A stretch of 64,000 nt of DNA, taken from IMG/VR virus record IMGVR_UViG_2061766007_000545; one strand, 5' to 3'. Numbering within the stretch: the stretch's first letter is position 1; every line of letters starts with the position of its first letter. Source of the DNA: an uncultured virus (IMG/VR IMGVR_UViG_2061766007_000545). Taxonomy: Duplodnaviria > Heunggongvirae > Uroviricota > Caudoviricetes. Shown here piece after piece: positions 30,655 through 40,926 of this stretch. The notes under the pieces are model-generated. The model was given only the letters and a program-made list of their open reading frames with translations, was not told where the DNA came from and did not search any database. A program made the position numbers and the translations under genes.

Positions 30655-31832
30655 TGAGTATAGTAATTAAAAATAAGACTTATAAATATGTTAGTAGTAG
30701 TAGATCACCATATGTTTCTTTTACGGGATGTAGTAAAGGAGACCTTGTTTTAAACATTATAAAAACGACAGCAGAGATTAGTTCAATTGGTACAAATACA
30801 GTTTTAGCTCATACTTTTTCAAGTGGTGCTGAAAGACTTTATTTTGTATACATAGTAGCTACAGAAGATTATGGTACATATTCTTCACTTTATCCAAGCA
30901 TTACTCTTAATGCTACGGGTTACCATTATTGTGTTGGCTTTCAAATTAGCGGTGCAATGGGATTAAAGTACGATCCTTCAATGGATTATAGTGGAACTTA
31001 TGGTGGAAATTTTTCAGTAACAGTAACAAAACCTTCGGTTGATACCCCTGTAATATGGGGTATCGGCTGCGGCTATAGTTTAAATAATACAACAACAAAT
31101 TATTCTGCTTCTCCTGATGATATGGAATATATAAGATGTCGTCAATCAGGATATGCTTTACGTTGTAGTGCTTGGGCAGATATTCAGACAAATGAAGTAT
31201 CTCATACTATTACTTATCCATTATCTACAAGTAGTTATGATGCTACCGTTGGTGGTATGATTCTTGTTCCTTATGGGCATAAATATGTAGTTATTGATAA
31301 TGGAACTGGATATGTTATAAAAAATAATCAATTGGTATCTCTTGGATCACTTCAAGAATCTGATCTTAATGCAAATTATATGATTCAAAATGGTGTAGAT
31401 AGTTTATCAGGTATTGATGCTTATTATTCAAGTCTTACTAAACCTGTAGAATATAGTTGGTGTGATAATGTTTTTTCTTATTCTCCAATTCTCACAACTA
31501 CAGTAAAAGGAGTACCAAAACCATTGATTTTAACTTCAAAAAATTATATTCTCGATAATATAGTTGGCGTATCGAGTATTGCTGCAACATATACTGGTTC
31601 ACCACTTATCTCTTTTAAGATAGATAATAATGACTTTAAGTATTATGATTCAGCGCAGAGTGCATGGGTAGCAGTTGATTCAACCCATAATGGAATGAGC
31701 ATTACAGATGCGCAGGCGCTAACTACAGAGTGGAATAGTTTATTAAATGGTGGAGATAAAGTTAAATTTAGAGTTGTAATACCAAGTGGAAGTTCACTTA
31801 AATCAATTGTGGTAAACTTTAGTTTCGTTTAG
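30654..31832 (+). CDS. Hypothetical structural protein
   Basis: 392 aa Ser/Thr/Tyr-rich, translationally coupled (TAATG). Confidence 0.6.
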   Translation: MSIVIKNKTYKYVSSSRSPYVSFTGCSKGDLVLNIIKTTAEISSIGTNTVLAHTFSSGAERLYFVYIVATEDYGTYSSLYPSITLNATGYHYCVGFQISGAMGLKYDPSMDYSGTYGGNFSVTVTKPSVDTPVIWGIGCGYSLNNTTTNYSASPDDMEYIRCRQSGYALRCSAWADIQTNEVSHTITYPLSTSSYDATVGGMILVPYGHKYVVIDNGTGYVIKNNQLVSLGSLQESDLNANYMIQNGVDSLSGIDAYYSSLTKPVEYSWCDNVFSYSPILTTTVKGVPKPLILTSKNYILDNIVGVSSIAATYTGSPLISFKIDNNDFKYYDSAQSAWVAVDSTHNGMSITDAQALTTEWNSLLNGGDKVKFRVVIPSGSSLKSIVVNFSFV

Positions 31833-31998
31833 ATTAATATTGGTGTAAGAAATAAGGAATAAGTTGACTTAATAAATAGAGAAAAGACTTATTTTCCTAC
31901 GTACTTCTGCGCGCCCCTGCTTCTGCGCATACCGACCCGGTCGTAGAACGGAGGCGCGCTTTCAACATATAAACTTCTGATTCAAAGAGGAAATACAA

Positions 31999-32763
31999 AT
32001 GAATGATATTCTTCAATTCTCTGGCTCACTCGTAGAATCGCCAGACCTTTCCTCTTCTCCCGTAACCGATTCTCTTGTTGGAGAAGAGACAACTCTCACA
32101 ACCGAAGGCTCTCTTACGGGAACAATTCCTTTTTCTTCTGCTGAGATTGAGGGTGGTAGTATCTCAGTTGATTCGACGCAGAATTTTTCTACTTCTTTGG
32201 TAGAGGGAGTTTTGGGAGCAGAAGTCATAGACTCGGTAAATTCCGGTGAAATGACAGCACTTATCCCTCAACTCTTCTCTATTGCAGAAGGACAAGCGAT
32301 TGTTTCTGATGAAATTAAAGTTGCCACTATTATTGGCTTTATTGATCGTGGAGAGTTCAATCATGGTGGTAGTGGATACAATACAAATACTCGTTATAAA
32401 ATTGTTCAGAGTCAAGAGAATCCATTTAGCTTTTCACTTTATTCTAAAGAGATTGATTCTGATCTTTGGGTTCTTCGAGATACAATCACTATTCCAACAA
32501 CCAATACGATTCCGGATACAACTGAAGTAGATACGAGCGCACCAACAGTTGGCGCGGTAAAAGATTACGTTCAACGTAGACGCGCTTTTCGTCAATACCC
32601 TTCAGTTTCAGAGTTCCCGCTTATTGGCGACCCCGGTTGTATCTATGTTGATGAGACGACAAGTATAGCATACTATTTTGACGAAGACCTTACGATATAT
32701 AAGAAATTCGCAATAGATGCTTCTTCACTATATATTGACTATATAAATGCTAATTTTGAGTAA
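31999..32763 (+). CDS. Hypothetical structural protein
   Basis: 254 aa, C-terminal FPLIGDPGCIYVD motif seen in tail-associated proteins. Confidence 0.6.
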   Translation: MNDILQFSGSLVESPDLSSSPVTDSLVGEETTLTTEGSLTGTIPFSSAEIEGGSISVDSTQNFSTSLVEGVLGAEVIDSVNSGEMTALIPQLFSIAEGQAIVSDEIKVATIIGFIDRGEFNHGGSGYNTNTRYKIVQSQENPFSFSLYSKEIDSDLWVLRDTITIPTTNTIPDTTEVDTSAPTVGAVKDYVQRRRAFRQYPSVSEFPLIGDPGCIYVDETTSIAYYFDEDLTIYKKFAIDASSLYIDYINANFE

Positions 32764-32775
32764 GGAGGAAAAGAA

Positions 32776-33597
32776 ATGCCGGATAATGTTGCTAATTTAA
32801 GATTAGTTAGCGCCCATCATACTGCTGCTGTTTGGGCGACAATTCAAACCGTTCCAAAAGCCGGTGAAATCTGCTTAGAAACAGATACCTCTAAATTTAA
32901 AGTAGGTGATGGCACGCATACATATGCAGAACTTCCTTACTTTAATGAGAGTGGAACTGGTTCAGTTACTACTGTAGAAGATGGTACTTCTACTGGTGGT
33001 TTAGGCTCGTTAAAAGTTACTACTGATGGAGTTGTGACCTATCCTAAGGCTTATGGTTTAGGTACAATGGCAGGAGAGGACGCAGGAGACTACTTACCGA
33101 AATCTGGCGGTACAATGACCGGTGCTCTTACATTAAGTGGCGCGCCGAGTACGGACAATCAAGCAGCTACGAAGAAATATGTAGATGATTCGGTTTCTGC
33201 TTTGCCTACTCCAATGCAGTTCAAAGGTACAGTAGGTACGAATGGTACAATAGAGTGGTCTGCATTACCTAGCGCTTCTTCTTCGAATGAAGGTTTTACT
33301 TATAAGGTAATTACTGATCATGCTACAGCGCCGGTATGTCAGGAAGGTGATACTATTGTATCCAATGGTACGAGTTGGGTAGTAATTCCTTCCGGTGATG
33401 AACCTGGTGGTACTGTTACAAATATCGCAACTGGCGCAGGGTTGACTGGTGGGCCGATTACTACAACTGGCACTATTTCCCATAGTAATTCAGTTACTCC
33501 AGTAAGTACGGAAACTTTTGCTACATTTACATACGATAATACTGGTCATATTACCGGTTCAACTCCGGTTACGATTATAGATGGGAATTTTAGTTAA
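32776..33597 (+). CDS. Tail fibre protein with Mtd/hyaluronidase-like N-terminal domain
   Basis: GEICLETDTSKFKVGDG; YLPKSGGTMTG; AATKKYVD. Confidence 0.75.
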   Translation: MPDNVANLRLVSAHHTAAVWATIQTVPKAGEICLETDTSKFKVGDGTHTYAELPYFNESGTGSVTTVEDGTSTGGLGSLKVTTDGVVTYPKAYGLGTMAGEDAGDYLPKSGGTMTGALTLSGAPSTDNQAATKKYVDDSVSALPTPMQFKGTVGTNGTIEWSALPSASSSNEGFTYKVITDHATAPVCQEGDTIVSNGTSWVVIPSGDEPGGTVTNIATGAGLTGGPITTTGTISHSNSVTPVSTETFATFTYDNTGHITGSTPVTIIDGNFS

Positions 33598-33619
33598 ATC
33601 ATAAAAAGGAGAAAGGGAT

Positions 33620-36600
33620 ATGTCAGATAATATTGTAAATACAAGAATTAAGCTGGCAATCAAAAGCGCCTCTGATTGGAGTACGGCTAATCCCGTACTC
33701 CTTCAGGGTGAGGTTGGACTTGATTCGACAAATAAGATTATTAAAGTTGGAGATGGGGTTACCGCTTGGAATAGCTTAGACGAGTGGAACCCCGCTTTAC
33801 CCACTAATCATGTTACGACTGATACTACTCAGGATATTACAGGTGAAAAGACATTCGTAGGTCAAAAAAGAATTAAGTTTAAGCAGAGTAGTTCGAATGA
33901 TAAACTTGGGTTTACTTTATATACGAGCAGTAATGTAGAGCAAGGATACTTAGAGTATAACCCAACAAATAAAATTGATGGCGCGCCGCTATTTACTTTA
34001 GGTAATTATGCGACATCTGCCGGTGGAATCGCGCAAGTAGGTTTTAGAAGATATTCGAGTATAAGCGGTGCAAGTGGTGCGTATAACTTACTTACTCCTT
34101 TAATTGCGGATGCAAAAACTCCATTTAGTTTAACAACTACTTATACGAATTTTTATCTTCCTTTAGGATTTACTGATGGAACTAATACGGTATTAGCTGC
34201 TAAGTCTGGAGTGGTTGACCTTAGCTCGTTAATACCTACGCTACCCACTCTGGCTACTGTAGCAACTACAGGTGATTATGGGGATTTAATAAATACTCCT
34301 ACGATACCTGCGGCTCAGATTCAGTCTGATTGGGATCAGTCAGATAGCTCTGCAAAGGATTTTATTAAGAATAAACCGGTCATACCTGATGTGAGTAATT
34401 ATCTGCCTCTGTCAGGTGGAACGATGACAGGGGATATTAATTTAGTTAGTAGTGATTCAACTTTAAATAATAATGGGTTTACTTTAAGAGATAGGGTTTT
34501 TGGTACAGTAAACTTAATTGACATAAAATCTTTGAAGCAAGGCGGTGTCAACAATGGTGTTGATTATGATGCTACAAATAGAGTAGTAAGTGGATTTGCA
34601 AAAGTTAGTCCGAATACAACTTATATTGCATCGAAGCCAAGTGGTATTTTATTATATTCATTTGTTTATTATGATGCTACTAAAAATTTTGTTCGTCAGA
34701 TAACTCCAGGTGCCTCTCTTTCTTATCAAATTACAACAGGAAGCACAGAGCACTATGTGAGAATTGTATTAAGTAAATCTACAACAACAGATACAATAAC
34801 ACCTAGTGAAGTAAGTTTTCTGCAGCTAGAGAAAGGTACGGTTGCTTCTGCAAGTAGTCCATATTCTCTTGATGTGGTAGAGTTAACGAATCGTCATTAT
34901 GTAACTGATTGGAGTAGCAAAAATCTTGCAGACATCAACAGATTAGAGCAAGGCACTATTGAGACTTATGGAAATAGTCCGACATTATCTTATGTAAGAA
35001 CTATGGATTATATTTCTGTAGAACCATACACAAAATACACTTTTTACTCAAATATAGATGGTGCTAAAGTATGGTTTTGGGAATATGACAAACAACAAAA
35101 CTATCTCCGATATAGTGGTGGAGATATTGATACTGGTGTTTATACTACTGAGATTACAACTGGCTCCGATACGAAATACATAAGATTTAATATAGGATTT
35201 CACGGACTGTCATCAAACATAAGTTTAGCAGATATAACTTCATTAACTTTTTCTAAAGATAGCTGTGATATACAAACAAAATCTGCTTTGGATAATGTTG
35301 AATTAACAAACCGCAGGTTCGTACAAAATTGGGAGAGCAAAAATTTACTTGACATCTCAATACTACAACAAGGCGGTTTAAATCAAGATGGTTCTACATT
35401 TGCATCTAACCAAAGAGTAAGAACAGATTTTGTAAAAGTAACAGGATTAACCACATATACAGTATCAGCAAATAATGGAGTATCACCATCGGCAGTAAGA
35501 TATTATAGTGATACGAGTACAGTATTAAGTTCATATAATAATCCAGTTGACCATTCTACTTCATTTTCATTCACTACACCAAATAACACTAATTATGTAA
35601 GATTTGTTTTTGTAAACTCAACATCTTCTAGTACTGATTTATTAGTAAGTGATGTTAAGACAGTACAGCTAGAGAAGGGAATAATCCCTACATCTTTTGT
35701 TCCATATGCATTAGACAATATCGAACTCACAAAACGCGTAGTTCCTGAATTTTCTGCGAGTCAGAATGGAAAGGTATTAGGAGTATCAAGTGGAAAACTT
35801 GCATGGGTTAATAACTCTGGTGGTGGCGGAACTTATTATGCTGGTGATGGACTTGCATTAAGTGATAATACATTTAGAACGACTGTAACAAGAGTTACTA
35901 CTGATGCTAATGCTTTACCTAGTATAAATACTTTCCGTATAAGAGAATATAATAGCACTTCTTCCAACCTACCTAGTGCTCATTGGTATCATATCTATGA
36001 GGCTAAAGGAGCAGATGGTAACTATGGTACTCAACTTGCTCTTGGTATGACCACTAATCAAGTATACTATAGGTCATATCAGGGTAGTTGGCAACCTTGG
36101 AGAAAGTTAGATAATAATATGTATGGTACTAACTTCTACTCTGGTGGGAAAGATGACCAGACACATGACTGTAATGCCGCCACCTATAATGGTCATTGGT
36201 ACTATTCTTCTAACGGTCCTTCTACTGCACTTGGTATGGTTTCAACTGATGGTGGTTTGTACACGCAATTTCATACCACTTCTTGGGGTGGACAGATTGC
36301 TCAAGATTATCGCTCAGGCAAGTTATGCGTGAGGGGTAAAGATAATGGTAACTGGAAGGCTTGGCAACCAGTAATGGTGGCTGGCGATTCAATGCAACTT
36401 ACAACCTCAAGCGATATTTATATAAGTCCCGCAGAGAAGAGAATAAGAAAGATTAATAGTTCTGCAGGTTGGGGTACGCAAGCATATTCAAATAATGGAT
36501 ATGTATCAAATTGTTATGTCTCTTTTAAACCTAATCAAGCAAATAAAGCAATTATGGCAGGTTTGGATAGCAATCCATCTCAAGACGCCGGATATTCTAA

Positions 36601-38089
36601 TATTGACTATGCTTGGTATTTTAGACAAGATGGTAAAGCAGATATATACGAGAGTGGTACTTCAGTCTCTCTTAATCGCTCATATTCAGCGGGAAACGAT
36701 TTTAGAATTGAGTATGATGGAACTTTAGTAAATTATTATCATAATGGATATTTAGTAAGAAGCGTTAGTAGAGCTGTAGGCGGAACTCTATACTTTGACT
36801 CTTGCTTCTATGATACAGATTGTTCAATTTATGATTATAACTTTGGTACTACTACAATTGCTACAAACACACTTACAAACGCTATTAAAGCAGTAAGAGG
36901 TGCCTCAATATCTACAGCCACATCAGGATGCTGGACGGCTATGTGTAACTCATCATCTACGGGTTCTCCAGTACTTCCATCTGCAAATGAATGGTGGCAT
37001 GTATTATCATTAGATTGGTCTGGTAATGACACAAGTAGCTGGGTATCTCAGTTAGCACTTCCGACTCAACAGAACTTGAGTATATATTACAGAAGAAATG
37101 CTTCAGGTGGAAGCGGTATAGATAATGCCGACTGGGTTAAGGTACTTGATGATAGAAATTACAGTAGTTATGCTCTTCCATTGACAGGTGGTAGTTTGTC
37201 AAATACATTAAGTATCAATTCTGGCAGTGGTAACTATGGTGAAGGACTTCGTATAAATCAAGGAAATGCGTCCTATTCGACATTCCTTATAGGTGGTACT
37301 ACAAATTCAACAAGTGGTACTAACGATGGTGCTTTCTGGATTGGAACTCATGGAACCGATAGAAAATTATGGATTGCTCATAACGGCTCTACTAATTCTG
37401 ATACCTATTTCTATGCAAGTGGTACTTCGGCAAGATCACCCGCCCTTCATCTTGGTGTGAGTGGTTCAATTGCTAGTGGAGACGGAAATGCAATAACTGG
37501 TGGTACAGTATATAATTGGTTGGTAAATAATATAACTGTCGCCGCTACTGGTAGTAAAATAGTACAAAGAAGTGCTGAAGGTTATATTTATGGTGTGTAC
37601 TATAACCAAAGTAGTAATGTTGAAAATAATCTTTTTAGCGGAACATGTAATATTATGTTCAGTGGCTCGGATAGCTGGGTTAGAAAAGTAGAATGGATGC
37701 ATTTAATGCAAAACTATTTATTCCCAGTATTCACAAGAGGAGATGGACCTGGCTCAGTTACCTCTAATGATAGTAGAGTTATAATTGATGAAGGCTCATA
37801 TATGGTACATAAATTTGGGTGGGCTAGTAATGCAACCGGTGTTGTAACAGTAACAATTAGACTCCATAGTACAGCAGATACTGGTACTCGTATCTATTTC
37901 GCAACACTACCAAAACCTGCCGCTCCTGTAGGAATTCTTCCGTTCAGTTATAACACAGGTAAAGTAGCAAATGCGGCTTGGTACTATCTTTCAACAGATG
38001 GTAGATTATCAAATACTGGTGCTATATATGCTGGTGAGCCACATTGTTTGACTTTTTCATATGTATCAGCAACAAATGAGTTTGCATAA
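33620..38089 (+). CDS. Long tail fibre/receptor-binding protein
   Basis: NPVLLQGEVG..KVGDG..WNSL N-terminus, three CBM-like repeats (KNL.DI..L.QG...YVR...QLEKG), knob-like QLA...YYR....W..W repeats. Confidence 0.8.
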   Translation: MSDNIVNTRIKLAIKSASDWSTANPVLLQGEVGLDSTNKIIKVGDGVTAWNSLDEWNPALPTNHVTTDTTQDITGEKTFVGQKRIKFKQSSSNDKLGFTLYTSSNVEQGYLEYNPTNKIDGAPLFTLGNYATSAGGIAQVGFRRYSSISGASGAYNLLTPLIADAKTPFSLTTTYTNFYLPLGFTDGTNTVLAAKSGVVDLSSLIPTLPTLATVATTGDYGDLINTPTIPAAQIQSDWDQSDSSAKDFIKNKPVIPDVSNYLPLSGGTMTGDINLVSSDSTLNNNGFTLRDRVFGTVNLIDIKSLKQGGVNNGVDYDATNRVVSGFAKVSPNTTYIASKPSGILLYSFVYYDATKNFVRQITPGASLSYQITTGSTEHYVRIVLSKSTTTDTITPSEVSFLQLEKGTVASASSPYSLDVVELTNRHYVTDWSSKNLADINRLEQGTIETYGNSPTLSYVRTMDYISVEPYTKYTFYSNIDGAKVWFWEYDKQQNYLRYSGGDIDTGVYTTEITTGSDTKYIRFNIGFHGLSSNISLADITSLTFSKDSCDIQTKSALDNVELTNRRFVQNWESKNLLDISILQQGGLNQDGSTFASNQRVRTDFVKVTGLTTYTVSANNGVSPSAVRYYSDTSTVLSSYNNPVDHSTSFSFTTPNNTNYVRFVFVNSTSSSTDLLVSDVKTVQLEKGIIPTSFVPYALDNIELTKRVVPEFSASQNGKVLGVSSGKLAWVNNSGGGGTYYAGDGLALSDNTFRTTVTRVTTDANALPSINTFRIREYNSTSSNLPSAHWYHIYEAKGADGNYGTQLALGMTTNQVYYRSYQGSWQPWRKLDNNMYGTNFYSGGKDDQTHDCNAATYNGHWYYSSNGPSTALGMVSTDGGLYTQFHTTSWGGQIAQDYRSGKLCVRGKDNGNWKAWQPVMVAGDSMQLTTSSDIYISPAEKRIRKINSSAGWGTQAYSNNGYVSNCYVSFKPNQANKAIMAGLDSNPSQDAGYSNIDYAWYFRQDGKADIYESGTSVSLNRSYSAGNDFRIEYDGTLVNYYHNGYLVRSVSRAVGGTLYFDSCFYDTDCSIYDYNFGTTTIATNTLTNAIKAVRGASISTATSGCWTAMCNSSSTGSPVLPSANEWWHVLSLDWSGNDTSSWVSQLALPTQQNLSIYYRRNASGGSGIDNADWVKVLDDRNYSSYALPLTGGSLSNTLSINSGSGNYGEGLRINQGNASYSTFLIGGTTNSTSGTNDGAFWIGTHGTDRKLWIAHNGSTNSDTYFYASGTSARSPALHLGVSGSIASGDGNAITGGTVYNWLVNNITVAATGSKIVQRSAEGYIYGVYYNQSSNVENNLFSGTCNIMFSGSDSWVRKVEWMHLMQNYLFPVFTRGDGPGSVTSNDSRVIIDEGSYMVHKFGWASNATGVVTVTIRLHSTADTGTRIYFATLPKPAAPVGILPFSYNTGKVANAAWYYLSTDGRLSNTGAIYAGEPHCLTFSYVSATNEFA

Positions 38090-38100
38090 AAGAGGCAAAA

Positions 38101-38523
38101 ATGAAGTATTACTTATCTGTAATTCAAAATCCTGATTCAGAGTCAGAGACAACTGTATTTTATGCATACAACACATTTAATGATGCTCTTGCTCTGTATC
38201 ATACAGAACTTGCCTATCGTGGCGAAGGAAGAAATGCAACAATTGCATACATTAATGACACGAATGGTATGACACTCGCGCAAGAAATATGGACTCGTCA
38301 AGAGAATCCAGCAACAGATATTTACTATGTACTGCTTATTCAAAACCAAGGAGAGAATGAGTCAGACACAGTATTTAAGTACACAACTTATGATGAGGCA
38401 CTTTCAAAATTCCATAGTGAATTAGGTTATCGCGCAGAAGGAAGAGATTCAACAATCGCGGCAATCCTATCATCAAATGGAAATCAAGTTAGAGATGGCA
38501 AATATATAAAAGAAGTAGAATAA
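38101..38523 (+). CDS. Hypothetical protein made of two tandem ~70-aa repeats (possible fibre chaperone)
   Basis: YY...IQN...ES.TVF.Y.T...AL..(Y/F)H.EL.YR.EGR..TIA occurs twice; directly follows fibre gene. Confidence 0.65.
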   Translation: MKYYLSVIQNPDSESETTVFYAYNTFNDALALYHTELAYRGEGRNATIAYINDTNGMTLAQEIWTRQENPATDIYYVLLIQNQGENESDTVFKYTTYDEALSKFHSELGYRAEGRDSTIAAILSSNGNQVRDGKYIKEVE

Positions 38524-38528
38524 ATACG

Positions 38529-38562
38529 AAAGAACGTAGGTTTAACCTACGTTCTTTTTTTT
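38529..38562 (+). terminator. Intrinsic terminator
   Basis: AAAGAACGTAGGT/ACCTACGTTCTTT + T run. Confidence 0.85.
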
Positions 38563-38702
38563 ATGCAATTTATACAAAACGTACTTAGCGCGCCACTGTG
38601 TTTTTGTGCAAAACCACGAACTTCTAACGCGCGTACCGACTCTAATGGATTTTTTATTTGTTTTTCCCACTTATAAATAGAACAATAAAGGAGAAAATAA
38701 AA

Positions 38703-39080
38703 ATGTACGAAGAATATAATCCAAATCCGATTTCTAGACGAGTTGGTGATTGTGCAGTTCGCGCACTAGCAAAAGCACTCGATCTAACATGGGAGCAAGT
38801 TTACTCCCTTCTTACAGTAAATGGTTTTTTAATGGGCGATATGCCTTCTTCAGATAGTGTGTGGGGCGCGGTTTTACGTCAAAATGGTTTCTATCGAGAA
38901 GTTATTCCAAACAAGTGTCCTGAGTGTTATACTGCGGAAGACTTCTGTATAGATAACCCTAAAGGCATATTTATACTCTGTTTTGGAGGTCATGTTGCTA
39001 CAGTAGTAGATGGAGTTCTCTACGATACTTGGGACAGCTCAAACTTAGTTCCTCAATTTTATTGGCATAAGGAGGTTTAA
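38703..39080 (+). CDS. Hypothetical protein with Cys/His/Asp peptidase-like motif (cassette gene 1)
   Basis: NPNP..GDCAVRA...GHVATV.DG..YDTWDS. Confidence 0.7.
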   Translation: MYEEYNPNPISRRVGDCAVRALAKALDLTWEQVYSLLTVNGFLMGDMPSSDSVWGAVLRQNGFYREVIPNKCPECYTAEDFCIDNPKGIFILCFGGHVATVVDGVLYDTWDSSNLVPQFYWHKEV

Positions 39081-39083
39081 TTA

Positions 39084-39467
39084 ATGAATCAATTTTATAA
39101 AAATTATGGATATACTTATGATTCTACGCTGAAGGCGCGCGATGCCCTTGCATGGTATTGGGTTCAGGGTGGTAAGGAGGCCGCGCAGAATGCCTACGTA
39201 GCACCTGGACAGATTGTTGCTTTTTGGGAATCAAATGAACAGATTATTTACCTTAAATATACCGATCAACTTGGTCGTCCAACAATACTTAAACTTCGCT
39301 ATACAATAGATAATGAGGAAGAATCTACTCAGACTTCTAACTATATTACAAAAGAAGAATTTGCATCTCTTCTAAAATCAGTAGAAGAGCTTCAAAAATC
39401 TCTAAAGGAGGTAAAACTAAATGAATCAACTTTATCAAATGCTGATGCAAAACTCTCCAGCATATAA
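39084..39467 (+). CDS. Hypothetical protein (cassette gene 2)
   Basis: WVQGG.EAA..AYVAPG...FWES...IYLK.TD..G.P, YITKEEF. Confidence 0.7.
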   Translation: MNQFYKNYGYTYDSTLKARDALAWYWVQGGKEAAQNAYVAPGQIVAFWESNEQIIYLKYTDQLGRPTILKLRYTIDNEEESTQTSNYITKEEFASLLKSVEELQKSLKEVKLNESTLSNADAKLSSI

Positions 39468-39630
39468 TGCACTTAGCTTACTCCAACAGTTTAGCCAATT
39501 TCGCTCAAACTTTAGAGGTAACGCACAAGAGCAAATTCAGCAAATGCTTCAGTCTGGTCAAATAACTCAAGACCAGTACAATATGGCGGTGCAGAAAGCA
39601 CAGCAACTTTCTCAATTTTTACCGAAGTAA
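39421..39630 (+). CDS. Gln-rich small protein (cassette gene 3)
   Basis: AGGAGG RBS; QFRSNFRGN..EQIQQMLQSGQITQDQYN. Confidence 0.7.
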   Translation: MNQLYQMLMQNSPAYNALSLLQQFSQFRSNFRGNAQEQIQQMLQSGQITQDQYNMAVQKAQQLSQFLPK

Positions 39631-39720
39631 ATTCTTTCGTGCGCACGATAGATTTACTATAAACCGCACTAACACCTGAGTTAGTGCGCTACCCTTACAA
39701 AATTAAAGGAGGACATTAAA

Positions 39721-40440
39721 ATGGCTTTAACAGACAGCGAAGGAATGGGCACAACAATGCTCGTTCAACCTACCGGCGCCATGAATGGTTTCGGTAATGG
39801 TTTCGGTGGAGATGGATGGTGGATTCTTCTGCTCTTTATCCTTCTTGGCGGAAACAATGGATTTGGTGGAAATGGATTCGGGGGCAATGGTCTTTATCCA
39901 TGGATGAACCAGTCTAATCAGATTGCAGATGGTTTCTATGACCAAATGCTTAACAACAATATTAGTGGAATTAGAAGTGATATTAATTCACTTCAAAATG
40001 CAATTACTGATGCTCAGTTTGCTGCTCTTTCTCAGAACTATGGTATTCAAAGCGCACTTCAGAATTGTTGTTGCGAGAATCGCGCATCTATTGCAGACCT
40101 TAAGTATACGGTTGCAACCGAGAATTGTGCAGACCGTGCCGCACTTTCAGATGCGCTCCGCGATGTATTAACTGCGCAGACAGCTTCAACACAGAGAATT
40201 CTTGACCAGATGTGCGCAGATAAGATTGATGCGAAGAATGAAAAGATTGCTGATCTTGAGCGTCAGTTGACTCTTGCTAATCTTGCTGCTTCTCAGAGAA
40301 CTCAGACTCAAACTCTTCTTGCTGATAATGCGGCGCAGACTACTGCTCTTGAGCAGTACTTAGCTCCGGTGCCTCGTCCTGCATATATCGTGCAGAATCC
40401 GAATTGTTGCTATAATAGCGGCTGTGGTTGCGGAGTTTAA
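39721..40440 (+). CDS. Gly-rich/TM/coiled-coil protein with CCC and CGCG motifs (cassette gene 4)
   Basis: GFGGDGWWILLLFILLGG, QNCCCEN, C-terminal NPNCC..GCGCG; strong RBS. Confidence 0.75.
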   Translation: MALTDSEGMGTTMLVQPTGAMNGFGNGFGGDGWWILLLFILLGGNNGFGGNGFGGNGLYPWMNQSNQIADGFYDQMLNNNISGIRSDINSLQNAITDAQFAALSQNYGIQSALQNCCCENRASIADLKYTVATENCADRAALSDALRDVLTAQTASTQRILDQMCADKIDAKNEKIADLERQLTLANLAASQRTQTQTLLADNAAQTTALEQYLAPVPRPAYIVQNPNCCYNSGCGCGV

Positions 40441-40451
40441 GGAGGTTTACG

Positions 40452-40913
40452 ATGGCGGCAGAATATCTTGCGAATGCAGTGCAGGCGGTTAACTTAAATG
40501 CACCAATTATCTTTACCGCATCTATTCCTTGTACAAAGGGGTATATCTACCATGAGGACGAAACAGGAATTTTTATAATGCGCGGTATCGTAAATAATCC
40601 ATGTAATAATTTTGCAACTTACCAAGTGACTTTTAATGGAAATATTTCCATTCCTACCGATGGAACTGTAGGACCTATTGCAGTTGCAATCACCTTGAAT
40701 GGTGAACCACGTCCTACAAGTCGCGCTATCTATACGCCAGCTGCGGTAGATGAGTATGGAAATGTAACAAGTACAACTATCATTAAGGTTCCGAGAGGAT
40801 GCTGTTTCTCACTTTCAGTAGAGAACGTAGCTGCTAGTACAGATACTACCGTAGTTCCAGCACCTGTAATTAATGTACAAAACGCCAATCTAGTCATTTC
40901 GAGAATTGCATAA
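40452..40913 (+). CDS. All-beta protein, BclA-CTD/jelly-roll-like (cassette gene 5)
   Basis: ATYQVTFNGNI, VAITLNGE, NVTS...VPRGCC..LSVEN, NANLVISRIA. Confidence 0.65.
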   Translation: MAAEYLANAVQAVNLNAPIIFTASIPCTKGYIYHEDETGIFIMRGIVNNPCNNFATYQVTFNGNISIPTDGTVGPIAVAITLNGEPRPTSRAIYTPAAVDEYGNVTSTTIIKVPRGCCFSLSVENVAASTDTTVVPAPVINVQNANLVISRIA

Positions 40914-40926
40914 GGAGGAAGAGAAG

